Part shown: positions 51,334 to 61,124 of the stretch, in pieces
How positions within the stretch are numbered: the stretch's first letter is position 1
How the letters are laid out: every line of letters begins with the position of its first letter
NCBI RefSeq assembly: GCF_902713615.1
Contig: NW_024055490.1
Location: 653,262-717,261, forward strand
Reading direction: 5' to 3'
Length of the DNA stretch: 64,000 nt
Source of the DNA: Scyliorhinus canicula
Taxonomy: Eukaryota
Translations under genes and position numbers: made by a program
The notes under the pieces: model-generated
What the model saw: only the letters and a program-made list of their open reading frames with translations
The model's database searches: none
What the model was told of the DNA's origin: nothing

Positions 51334-52849
51334 GACAACGTTATGTTTTTCATTCATTTACGGGATTATGGTGCCATTGACTGGGTCAGCAATTATGGCC
51401 CATTCCAAGTTGCCATTCAGAAGGTGGTGGTGAGCTGCCCTCTTGAATCGCTGCAGTCCCTACAGTGGGGCTGTTTAGCACAGGGCTAATTCGCTGGCTT
51501 TGAAAGCTGACGAAACAGGCCAGCAGCACAGTTCGATTCCCGTAACAGCCTCCCCAACAAGCGCCTAAATGTGGTGACTAGGGGCTTTTCACAGTAACTT
51601 CATTTGAAGCCGACTCGTGACAATGAGCGATTTTCATTTCATTTCAATTCCTGATATGCAGTTACACCCATACTGCTTTTAGCGAGAGAAGTCCAGTATT
51701 TTCATCCAGCCACAGTGAAGGAGCGGTGATATATTTGCAAGACAAGATGGTGAGTGATTTGGAGAGGAATCTCCAGTTGGTGGTGTTTCAAAGTATCTGC
51801 TGCTCAGGTCCTTGTTGATGGTTGTCGCCGTGGGTCAGGTAGGTGCTGAGTATGAAACCTTCATTAGTTCCAACAGTAAATCTTGTGGATGGCAACAATC
51901 AAGCGACTGCTTTGCCCTGGATGGTGCAAAGCTTCTTGAGGTTTGCTGAAGCTGCACTCCAGACAAGTGGAGCTTGTATTCCATTAAACTTCTGACCTTT
52001 GCCTTGCAAATGATGGACAGGCTTTGGACAATCGGGATGTGAGTTACTGGCTGTAGGATTCCTAGCCTTTGAACTGCTCTGGCAGCCACAGCATTCGTCT
52101 GGCTTGTCCAGATTAGTTTCCGGTCAATGACAACCCCCAGGATGCTGATTGTGCGGTAACCAATGCAAATAAATCTGATGCTCTATTCTGTGGGGTAGGA
52201 ACGTTTGTTATACAAAGTGAGACACAGAAGACTTCAGCCGTGAATGAAACAGAGTCTAACAAAATAATATCAGAGAGCGGGCATCGTATAATATAAATGG
52301 AGATTTGGTGCAGTTTTACAAATAATATCGAAAGATATAAACACTGAGAGGGTCTAATTTAGAGAGAACTGAGAAAGGACCTTTTTTATTTTAAACAATG
52401 ATATGACGAGTGCGGTAATAAATGAGATGCAACCCATTGCACGATTAATAATGGTATTATATCGCACAGTAATAACTAAAACAGAATGTAGCGTAACATT
52501 TACAGGTACAGAAACTGACATTAAATAAACGGAGCCGGCGGTGTACCTGAATTACTAAAACAGGGCCTCGATTAATACAGGTGGAGACAGTGCAGTGCAG
52601 TGGAAACCGAGAATTTCCTCCCACAGTCCAAAGATGCGCAGGTTAGGTGGATTGGCCATTCTAAAAGATTTTTCCTGAGTGTGCAAAGGTTAGATGAGGT
52701 TACGGGGATAGCATGGAGGATTGGTCCTCAGTGGGGTGCCGTTTTGGAGGGCGGGTGCAGACTCGATGGGCCGACTGGCCTCCTTCTGCACTGTCGGGAT
52801 TCTATGATTCTTTGAAAAGACCGGGATTCACAATAACTGGGGCAGGGTT

Positions 52850-53805
52850 TGTTTTTCTAATTTCACCTATATGTTTTAGAATTCCCTTTATACCAAAGAA
52901 CCTTACGGGCCAATATTCTAAAAACGGCGAACAGGGAACTACCTCCCTGACTCCAGTACAGGCCTCTGAGAGTGCTAATCGGGTCAAACTCTCCTTTCAA
53001 GTTATCCCCCGGTATAACTCCTACCTTCACTGAAGAATTTTACTTACTTACCCCTTAATGGCATTGATGTCCAGGGTCCTGCGTTCTTAAGGAAGTGAAG
53101 TAAGCTAATAACCACTTTTTCAGGTTAAATTATTTTATTATTAACATACTCTTTTTTATCTCATTAAATTAAACACATTATTTACTTTTTGATGTTGTCT
53201 GGTTGGTTGGTGAGGCCTTCAGACTCTCTCTCTCTCTCTTTCACTTTCAAGCCTCCTGGTCATCTCTCCTGGTGCAGTTTTCTCTTTTCCTCCTCTTCTG
53301 TCTTCTGTGGCTGCTGCTCGGCCGTCTTCCTTCTGGTCTGGTCTGGTCTTTTGGGCCGCTTCTCTCCTGGGCCTTCCCTCTCCTGGGCCGCTGCTCCTGC
53401 TGTCCTTCTTGCTTCTTCGGGTGCCGCTGGTGTTCTGCTGCTGGTGTCTTTGTTCTTGCTTCTTGCCTCGTGGGGAGAAAAAGGGGAGGAGTCTGAAGTC
53501 CACGCTGGTTTCTTTGTTTCAGCTGTTCTGATCGGGACGTCTGATAAGGATCGGACTTCGGGTCTTAAAGGGGCAGTCCATCACAATTTTCCAACAACAC
53601 AAAGAGATTTTTAAAAACTTTTTTCTTTTGCCTTTCTCCTGCTGTAGGTTGTAATAACCATTCTGATAGACTGAAATTGCTGCCCACAGTTTCTGTGCCC
53701 TTCAGCTGCCACCAACCTCTTGTGGGATCTTTCCCTGCACTCTCCCCGATCAGATGTTGGCAGACCTCTATGTTTCAAATGACACATTCTGTATTTTCCA
53801 GAACA
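52850..53805 (-). repeat. 3' LTR (956 bp)
   Basis: Identical by eye to the 5' LTR except one extra T in a T run near 53155. Confidence 0.95.
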
Positions 53806-53814
53806 CCCCGTCTT
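53806..53814 (-). promoter_or_regulatory. Short polypurine tract
   Basis: AAGACGGGG directly abutting the TG of the 3' LTR. Confidence 0.55.
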
Positions 53815-55123
53815 GACATTTGAAACATTACTATAATTTGGTTTATTGTCCCCCCATCCAATTGTACTAACCTACATCCCTGATCATTGTCATTTGTATG
53901 CATATCATAGACCAGTGTCAATACGAGTCTTGTTTTCCATTTCTGATTGGAATGTGGTAATTGTGATATCTTTTACCCCCCACTGATCCCCTAGTCTTAT
54001 TAATTTAAAATGTTCAATTGATCCTGCTTGTATTCCTAACTTCCCCATTAATGTCTAACATTGTCGTGAATCATGTAAGTCTGCCAACCCCTGGTTTACA
54101 TGAGAGAACATATTTCTGACCGTGTATATTTTTCATTTCAGCATTTACAAAACCGCATTGAACCGTCTCTTTTTTTTTCTTCCCAAACAAATTCTCCCTA
54201 TTGTTCTATACATAGTAAAATTTTTATCTTATCTTAACACCTTATTCATTACCTAACCAATAGACTGTGTGTTACACTTTACATATTTTCAACTGTTAAC
54301 AATTTAATATCAATATCGAAACATTGCTTCTTGGCTTTTGGAACAATCATTATTACATACTAACTAACCCTCTATTAAAACATTCACAGTTTAGAAATGC
54401 GGATCAAGTTATTTAACGACACACATACCCCCCTTCTCATATATATACAACAGTCCCTATCAATTTACATGAAAATAAAAAAAATTTCTTATCAACGATT
54501 ATAGCTCTTCAATGCAATATTGTTTTGTTGCATTGGTAACAATTTTCCCGCCGTAGTATCAAGCTACTGAAATTCTTAACCTATTATCATTGATCATATT
54601 GGGGTTCCTCGTCAGTCGCTGCTATCTGCTGCCGAGACCTTAATGATTCCACTGCGTAGTACATACCCCATGGAGACCACAGATCATCCATCAACTAATG
54701 TCCAGTTAGAGATGTCTGACCGGGGGTTTCACTGTCCAGTTATAATTTGATATTCTAATTTGCATTTAATTCCCTCAAATTTGTAGCCAATTATATCATT
54801 AGTTTCCCCCCAATCCTGTCGAACAGATTCTTCTCTGGAGTGTAGTTCTCTTCCTTCTCGCGAACTGGTTTGTTATTGGAGTGTAGTTCTCTTCCTTCTT
54901 GCGACCTGGTTTGTTATTAATTTTTTCCACCTGAAAAAGCAAATGAACAGATCAAGGGTGGAGAGGGCCCTATTCTTTAATTCGGATTATCCCAGAAGTG
55001 CCCTCTCCAGGACTTCCGGATTCCTTTTGCCATCATTTCTTTTTGAACTGGTTTATATTCCATATCCTTGATGTAGTCAAGCCTCCTTCTGTCATTGCAC
55101 CCCTGAGTGAGATTCGAAGAATC

Positions 55124-57280
55124 TCAAACTCCTCTGATGCTCACTGGGTCGTGTGTTTCAAGCGTGACACAATTTCTTTTGCTCCAGACACCATGCTTCT
55201 CTAATTCAATTGTATGTGTACCCAGAATCTGAACAATCTTGTCTTTACATTTTACAGTCTCGCGAATGATTTTCCCCGCAGTCTTAGTTGGTAACTTCAC
55301 CCAAACTTCGTCTCCTACTTGATAATTCCCAGATTCACTTGGGTCTCCTTGTCCCTGGGGGACAGAGGTTCCAAGGTTGCTATTAAGATCAAATACTATT
55401 CTTTCAATGTCTTTATCCCAGCCTTTATTATTCTGATTCTTTATGATCCAATCCTTTACTTTTCTTACAGACCTCTCAGCCATTCCATTACTCTCAGGTG
55501 CATATTTCACGGCCCAATTGATTGTTATTCCTCTGTCAGCACAAAAGTTAATAACAGTATTGTTTCTAAAGTGTGGCGCGTTGTCCATTCGGATCGATTC
55601 TGGTCTACCTCTGGAGGTCATCATTTCTGCCAATACCCTTTTGGTTGTGGCTCCATTTGCTTTGCTGGTTGCTCTAAGGTCAATTTCTCCCGTGCAGCTA
55701 TCAGCTTTGACTAAAAAATACAAATTACCTTTGCTGCTTCTGGGAAAAAGTGGTCCTGCATAATCTAATGACCATTCCTGCATTGGTTTCTCAGTTTTTA
55801 TGCTCCCATATGTTTTATTTCCTCTCTGTCCTCCACAGGCCATACATCTCTCACATTTTCTCCTTACTGCAGTTAAATGTTGTCTCCAATAGGCTATTTT
55901 AAGTCCCAACTTCTTCAACTCCCTTGCGACTACAACATGACCCCCATGTCCTGTGGCTTCATGTACTTGCTTAATTATCATTTGATGGTCGGCTGCTGAG
56001 TTCCCAAGAGTCCCCAAGATTATTGTCCTAAGTCTGGCTAATTCATCCACTTCCTGATTCCCCTTACACAGTTCCCCAATTCCTTTTGTGTGTGCTTTTT
56101 GATGAATTGTCTGGATCTCCATATCGGCTAAAATTTTATCTATCTCTTCCCACTGTTCTTTCTGTTCCAGTAGTTTATTTCTACCGTTCGTCCAACCGTT
56201 TAGTTTCCAAAACTCCAAATCTTTCTCCAATCCTTGCTGCACGAAAAAGCTATCGGTTACAACGGTAACTTCCTGCAGCTTTCGCTGGTGACACTCCTTT
56301 AACCCTTGCAATACTCCCTCTACCTCAGCTGTCTGAGCTGATCCAATGATTACTCCCTGTTCCTCTACTACTATGTTTCCTGAATTTTTAAAAATGAATG
56401 CCCATCTGGCTTGTTCTTCGTCCTTCTTGACTTTACTACCATCAGTATATAATACCCAAGCATTCACCAACTCCGTTTTACTAACTGGCTCATCAAGTTT
56501 CTGTCCCTTTTGAATATTATGAACAAACATTAAGTCAGGGTTTAGAAGAATGGTTTCCCATCTTTCCCATCGAGCTGTATTCGCGCCTTGCTGGCAAATC
56601 TGTCTCTTGGTTAGCTCCTTTAACTCCAAAAACTCAGTGGTGACATAAATTTTCTTACCACCCGACAAGTTTTCTATCTCTGCTATTCTCTTTGTTATAG
56701 CTGCTAGACATTTCTCGATGTTTGAAAACTTTTGTTCAGCTCTCGACCAGTTTCCTGTCAGATGTTTGATAGGTGTCTGATTGCTAAGATTAGCAAGTAC
56801 CATACCATATCCATTTTTATATATGTCTAATTTAATGCTTAAATCATCCTCTTCTTGTCTCCCAACTAATGACCCCGATATCGCAATTGCTGCCTTTAAC
56901 TGATCTAACCCTCTCTGGGCCTCGCTGGTCCAAATAAAATCCCCTTTCAAGGTTTGATAAATGGCTTTAGCATAGAGACTGAAGTCCTTCACTACTGGCC
57001 TTAGATATCCCAACATTCCCATTATTTTTTGAACCCCTTTTTTCGAAACCGGCGCAGTAATTTCAGCTATCTTCTTCCTCATTTCAATACTGGCCTCTCT
57101 ACCTTCCTTCGATACTGAATAACCCAAATAGTTGACTTCGCTTCTCCCAATTTGACATTTCTTTAGCCCTATTTTAAAGCCTGCTTCACCAAGTGTCTTA
57201 ATGATCCTGGCCACTCTTTCCACATGTTTGTCCTGATCGTCATCTCCAATTAATATATCATCGATATATACTAAGGCCAA
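55124..57280 (-). CDS. pol: Retroviral Pol, C-terminal part (RT YIDD, tether, RNase H, integrase)
   Basis: YIDD; degenerate RNase-H-like connection region followed by a catalytic RNase H (YTDGS, AQTAE, VTDS, GNQEVD); integrase HEATGH..CERC, LDYAG, MDNAP, SNGMAER; joined to the upstream ORF by a 1-nt frameshift at about 57377. Confidence 0.93.
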   Translation of the reverse strand: MALVYIDDILIGDDDQDKHVERVARIIKTLGEAGFKIGLKKCQIGRSEVNYLGYSVSKEGREASIEMRKKIAEITAPVSKKGVQKIMGMLGYLRPVVKDFSLYAKAIYQTLKGDFIWTSEAQRGLDQLKAAIAISGSLVGRQEEDDLSIKLDIYKNGYGMVLANLSNQTPIKHLTGNWSRAEQKFSNIEKCLAAITKRIAEIENLSGGKKIYVTTEFLELKELTKRQICQQGANTARWERWETILLNPDLMFVHNIQKGQKLDEPVSKTELVNAWVLYTDGSKVKKDEEQARWAFIFKNSGNIVVEEQGVIIGSAQTAEVEGVLQGLKECHQRKLQEVTVVTDSFFVQQGLEKDLEFWKLNGWTNGRNKLLEQKEQWEEIDKILADMEIQTIHQKAHTKGIGELCKGNQEVDELARLRTIILGTLGNSAADHQMIIKQVHEATGHGGHVVVARELKKLGLKIAYWRQHLTAVRRKCERCMACGGQRGNKTYGSIKTEKPMQEWSLDYAGPLFPRSSKGNLYFLVKADSCTGEIDLRATSKANGATTKRVLAEMMTSRGRPESIRMDNAPHFRNNTVINFCADRGITINWAVKYAPESNGMAERSVRKVKDWIIKNQNNKGWDKDIERIVFDLNSNLGTSVPQGQGDPSESGNYQVGDEVWVKLPTKTAGKIIRETVKCKDKIVQILGTHTIELEKHGVWSKRNCVTLETHDPVSIRGV

Positions 57281-57303
57281 ATCATCTTGAATCAGCTCCC
57301 TGA

Positions 57304-58563
57304 TTATTGCCTGAAAGTGATTTGGAGAATTAACATATCCCTGTGGAAGTCTACAATATACATAATGCTTAGTTCCAAGGTGAATGCTGTTTTCTCCCTG
57401 CTGTCTGGGTCTAATGGAACACTCCAGAATCCATTCGCCAAATCTATACTAGTTAAGTAAGTTTTTCCCGCGACTTGCTCTAAGGTAGCTTGTGGATTTA
57501 TTAAATATCTCTTGTCCTTCTTTGTGACTTTATTTAAAGCTTTGTAATTTGTTACCATTCTAAATGTACCATCTGGTTTTCTTACTACCTGAAGTGGACT
57601 ATTTGTTGAGGCATATGTGACCCCTTGAATAATCCCCTGCTGCTCCAATTCCTTGATTATTATCTCCAGCTCGCTCTTAGCTCCTCTAGGCAAAGGATAC
57701 TGTTTTTGAGGTCTGTGTTGTCCCCCGTGAATTGTGTGTTGAAATTGCTGGCTAAGCAAACCTGTGTCATTCTTACCTATCGCTAGGTTTGCTCCCATCA
57801 GTACTTCTTCCATCTTCTTCCAAGCTTCGTCATTTAAAATACTTTTCTCTTTCTGTTTCCTTATTTCCTCCATGTTATCAATTGGTTTTAATATCCTTAT
57901 TTTTCCAGTATCTATTTTTATTAAATCTTTCCCTGCCATCAGATTATCAGTTCCTGATATTGCCAGTAATTCTCCCAATCTAACTTCTGGCCTAATATCC
58001 TTATTCCCTAATGCTCCTTCTACTATGTATTTCTTTCCTGTCGGATTTCCAGCTTCTTCCCTTATCATTGATATCTCAGCCCCTGTGTCCACTATACATC
58101 TTTCCCCCTTGTATACTACTACTAATTCTCCTTTGTCTGTTTCTGTTGTTAGATTTTGTATAGCCTGTTTAAGGGGAGAAGCCGAATCCTGTCCATATAT
58201 ACCGGGGCCTCCTCTGCCTCCTCCTCGGAATCCCCCTCGCGAGCGTCCCGGATACCCTTCTGGTGGTTGATATCTACCTTGCTCAATCCTCCCCTGACCA
58301 GCTGCTCTTCTTCTCCTATCCTCAATGAATCTGTCTCTTTCCTCCCGACTGAGGGCTAGGAATTGTCCCCTTGGTAAATAATCTAGATTTTGTGGTGGAG
58401 GTGGCCCTTGTGACCGCAAATTATACCCATGTTGTGGCATTGCTGGTTGTGCTGGATTTTGTTCCGATTTGTCAGGTATCTGCCGGTTTGGTGGTCTAAT
58501 CTGAGCATTTTGTGTTGAAACATTATTCTGGGCAGCTGCTCTTTTTTGTTCCCCTTTTGTGGC
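57304..58563 (-). CDS. gag-pol: Gag C-terminus (GYNLR, GR box) in frame with protease and RT N-terminus
   Basis: Frame open from 58563; QHGYNLRSQGPPPP, RSRGGFRGGGRGG, CIVDTGAEIS, NSPLQVVRKPDG.FRMV, DLANGFWSVPL; restoring one T gives FTFGTKHYVYCRLPQGYVNSP. Confidence 0.88.
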   Translation of the reverse strand, partial: ATKGEQKRAAAQNNVSTQNAQIRPPNRQIPDKSEQNPAQPAMPQHGYNLRSQGPPPPQNLDYLPRGQFLALSREERDRFIEDRRRRAAGQGRIEQGRYQPPEGYPGRSRGGFRGGGRGGPGIYGQDSASPLKQAIQNLTTETDKGELVVVYKGERCIVDTGAEISMIREEAGNPTGKKYIVEGALGNKDIRPEVRLGELLAISGTDNLMAGKDLIKIDTGKIRILKPIDNMEEIRKQKEKSILNDEAWKKMEEVLMGANLAIGKNDTGLLSQQFQHTIHGGQHRPQKQYPLPRGAKSELEIIIKELEQQGIIQGVTYASTNSPLQVVRKPDGTFRMVTNYKALNKVTKKDKRYLINPQATLEQVAGKTYLTSIDLANGFWSVPLDPDSREKTAFTLELSIMYIVDFHRDMLILQITFRQ

Positions 58564-59417
58564 TTATCCTTAAATGCTTTGCCTGCCAAATCAAATTTAA
58601 CCAGTTCTCTTCCTATTTCTCTTCTAGAGGTCGTTAACAGTATTATTGAGAGGCTTTTCCCCCCTGGAATCTTGGGTCCTAATTCCCTCAGGAATCTGAC
58701 TACATCGACCCCCTCTTCCTTATTAACCTCATATATTCGGTCGATATATGGTGTGAGGTGTTCCCCTGCATATGCTGCCTCTGTCATCTCTTTCATTAAA
58801 TTAGCTCTCTCATTTCCCAAATCTAACTCACTTATTAAATCTGAGACTTCGCCTGTAACTATTTCTCCCACTGTATGTAAATCAATCAATTTGGTGGATT
58901 CTCCTGATGCCCCCATTTTCTTCGCTAACTGTTTTAACCTCTGTGAATACTCAATTTTACTCTCCCCATGTTTCTTTGGGCCTGCTGTCTTCATTACGGC
59001 TGCTACTATTTTATACGGTACCATGCCTCCCTGTCCTTCCTCTGGACCTGGTGTAAATGACTGAACTATTTTCTCACTTCTGGGGCATGGTGTTCTCAAA
59101 GGGGCACCTCTATCTGGGTCCCTATATTCGGAGAAATGTATCCGTCGTCGTACCGGTTCTTCCTCAAAATAGGGGGTACCATGTTGTGCAAACTCTTCCA
59201 CCGATTCTATATATTCTTCAAACCTTGCACTTGGTACCTGGCTATCTCGTGGAGCATAACTTGCCCTATCCATTGGAGTAGGAGCAGTTTTTTGGGGTCT
59301 TGGACGATTCTGTATCCTTTCCTGTGGTCTTAGTGCTGCTATTATCTGGCCTTGTGTTTCTGTGCTGTTCCTTACCCTACTCATGGCTCTTCCGAAACTG
59401 TCATACCCTTTGCTCAT
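58383..59417 (-). CDS. gag: Gag central (capsid-like) ORF, 344 aa
   Basis: Position directly 5' of the GR-box/PR frame; low-complexity N-terminus then a helical-looking domain; no direct motif match was made. Confidence 0.65.
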   Translation of the reverse strand: MSKGYDSFGRAMSRVRNSTETQGQIIAALRPQERIQNRPRPQKTAPTPMDRASYAPRDSQVPSARFEEYIESVEEFAQHGTPYFEEEPVRRRIHFSEYRDPDRGAPLRTPCPRSEKIVQSFTPGPEEGQGGMVPYKIVAAVMKTAGPKKHGESKIEYSQRLKQLAKKMGASGESTKLIDLHTVGEIVTGEVSDLISELDLGNERANLMKEMTEAAYAGEHLTPYIDRIYEVNKEEGVDVVRFLRELGPKIPGGKSLSIILLTTSRREIGRELVKFDLAGKAFKDKPQKGNKKEQLPRIMFQHKMLRLDHQTGRYLTNRNKIQHNQQCHNMGIICGHKGHLHHKI

Positions 59418-60409
59418 TTGCCAAATTTTAGCTTTGGGGTAACGTTTGGTAATTCTAGTAATTTCGTAGAATCAATTTGTTGACTTCCGCCTAATATTTC
59501 TCCTATTTTAAGTCCCCTAGCTGTAACCTCTCTTTCCCATCCTTCCTGATCTCTATGGTGTACCATTTCTGCTTCTGGATTATACATATAATACGGTACA
59601 TCCTTATTTACTGGTTGATAAGTGGAAGGTTGTTGGTGTTTCCAGTGATCGCTATAATCCCCTATTTCTAATGGTTTAGAATTTTTTCTATTCCCTATTC
59701 CTCTCTTTGGTTTGACTATTTCCTCATTCTCGGATGAGGATGATAATTCTTCCTGTCCCATCACAGGAGGCGCCATAATCCCAACTATGCCTTGTTCCTC
59801 TTCACTTTCTTGTGGTTCAACGAAATGATCGATAAACGCTTCTTTCTTATGTGTGGCAGATTGCTGAGGCCAATTTTCTTCCTGAAACAGACTTGGATCT
59901 GGGTATGGAAAATTGTATCCCGTTGGGAAATTTTCACAGGAGTCCGAATTCTCTCGGCTATCTGATTCTAGGCCTGATTCCTCGTCACTTTCCATTTCTA
60001 ATGGTTCATTTTTCTGCAGTTGTTTTATATATTTGCCTACCATTTCAGAGTTAATTTTGTGTTTACTATGGATCTGTATTATTTCTGTCCTGTTTACTCC
60101 GTCAATGATTTTAATCAGTTTGGAACACACTTTGCCCACTTGAGCAGCTGCATGCTTCTGTCTGTGTCCAAATACGATTAGTGATTCAGCTCGCTTTTCA
60201 AATGCAAACTGACAAAGTGCTTTAAGGACCCTGACTGAATCTGTATATTGCAGGGCTTTTGGCACTCTAACAAAGAGGGAGATATCTCCGTCTGGATACA
60301 TATCGCTTGTCCAGGATTTCTTTTGCTCTTTTAATTTCTTCCATTCCCTTTTCATTTCTACATTTCTCTTGACCGTATCCCAGGGCATGAGAATTACCCT
60401 AATTGCCAT
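59414..60409 (-). CDS. 5' ORF of unknown function, 331 aa (pre-gag accessory ORF or Gag N-terminus)
   Basis: Good Kozak context aaaATGG at 60409; stop overlaps the next start as ATGA at 59414-59417. Confidence 0.7.
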   Translation of the reverse strand: MAIRVILMPWDTVKRNVEMKREWKKLKEQKKSWTSDMYPDGDISLFVRVPKALQYTDSVRVLKALCQFAFEKRAESLIVFGHRQKHAAAQVGKVCSKLIKIIDGVNRTEIIQIHSKHKINSEMVGKYIKQLQKNEPLEMESDEESGLESDSRENSDSCENFPTGYNFPYPDPSLFQEENWPQQSATHKKEAFIDHFVEPQESEEEQGIVGIMAPPVMGQEELSSSSENEEIVKPKRGIGNRKNSKPLEIGDYSDHWKHQQPSTYQPVNKDVPYYMYNPEAEMVHHRDQEGWEREVTARGLKIGEILGGSQQIDSTKLLELPNVTPKLKFGK

Positions 60410-60835
60410 TTTCGGATTTTTAGTTCTGTTCCTGGTTGTCCCTTTCAGGTGCACTCTGAAATTAAGGATAAGTACCCTTTCTGGGCCCTATCCAAGGCTG
60501 ACCAAGGCACTATCTTCCTGCTCTAGTTAAGGGTCGATTGATTATTGGTTTCTGAATATAAGCGTCCCTATTTTCCAGAAAATGTCCGCACAATCCGCCT
60601 TACTCTGAGGATGATTTATTCTTTAGCCCCTTTTACCAGTGATGGATGCAAGATTTTAGTGCTATCACCAAAATGTCTTGCAGACTTTTTCTCAGGGTCA
60701 GTATCTTCTAGTCTACTGATTTTCACACCCAACCTGAGCTTCAGTCCCCTCGATCCACAGAATATCCTTACAAAAGCCAATCACACCTGACTTTCCAAAC
60801 TAAACTCGGAAGGTAAAGTTTGACTCACACATAGA

Positions 60836-61105
60836 CTAGAAACTTCTAATATTCTAGCCTTTTTGCCGGTTAGAAACTTCTAATATTCCACCCGTTTCTT
60901 GGGAACTAGAAACTTCTAATATTCTAGCCCCTACTCTGCTTAACTAGAAACTTCTAATATTCTAGCCTCGCTTTACCTAGAAACTTCTAATATTCTAGGC
61001 TTTTCTTGGGAACTAGAAACTTCTAATATTCTAGCCCCTACTCTGCTTAACTAGAAACTTCTAATATTCTAGCCTCGCTTTACCTAGAAACTTCTAATAT
61101 TCTAG
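60836..61105. repeat. Array of eight 22-bp repeats CTAGAAACTTCTAATATTCTAG with 11-16-bp spacers in the proviral leader
   Basis: Units start at 60836, 60870 (variant), 60906, 60944, 60977, 61013, 61051 and 61084. Confidence 0.95.
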
Positions 61106-61106
61106 G

Positions 61107-61124
61107 CCTCCACGCTGGGCGCCA
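61107..61124 (-). promoter_or_regulatory. Primer-binding site, tRNA-Lys(CTT) type
   Basis: TGGCGCCCAGCGTGGAGG directly after the LTR CA, similar to the Lys1,2 PBS TGGCGCCCAACGTGGGGC. Confidence 0.85.

Noticed and set aside
51027-51489. ORFs spanning the N run
   Set aside because: Artefacts of the assembly gap.
53189-53614. Plus-strand hydrophobic ORFs in both LTRs (also 61463-61888)
   Set aside because: Antisense shadow of a purine-rich minus strand; non-ATG starts and no independent support.
58383-58430. Vestigial zinc knuckle GIICGHKGHLHHKI at the end of the gag ORF
   Set aside because: Only the middle C and H of CX2CX4HX4C are present, and it overlaps the GYNLR/PPPP codons of the other frame; probably chance.
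57764-59064. Plus-strand ORFs of 168 and 172 aa inside gag-pol
   Set aside because: Antisense frames of an A-rich coding strand with no recognisable motifs.
60836-61105. CRISPR array
   Set aside because: Eukaryotic proviral context, spacers only 11-16 bp and themselves repeated, no cas genes; kept as a retroviral leader repeat array.
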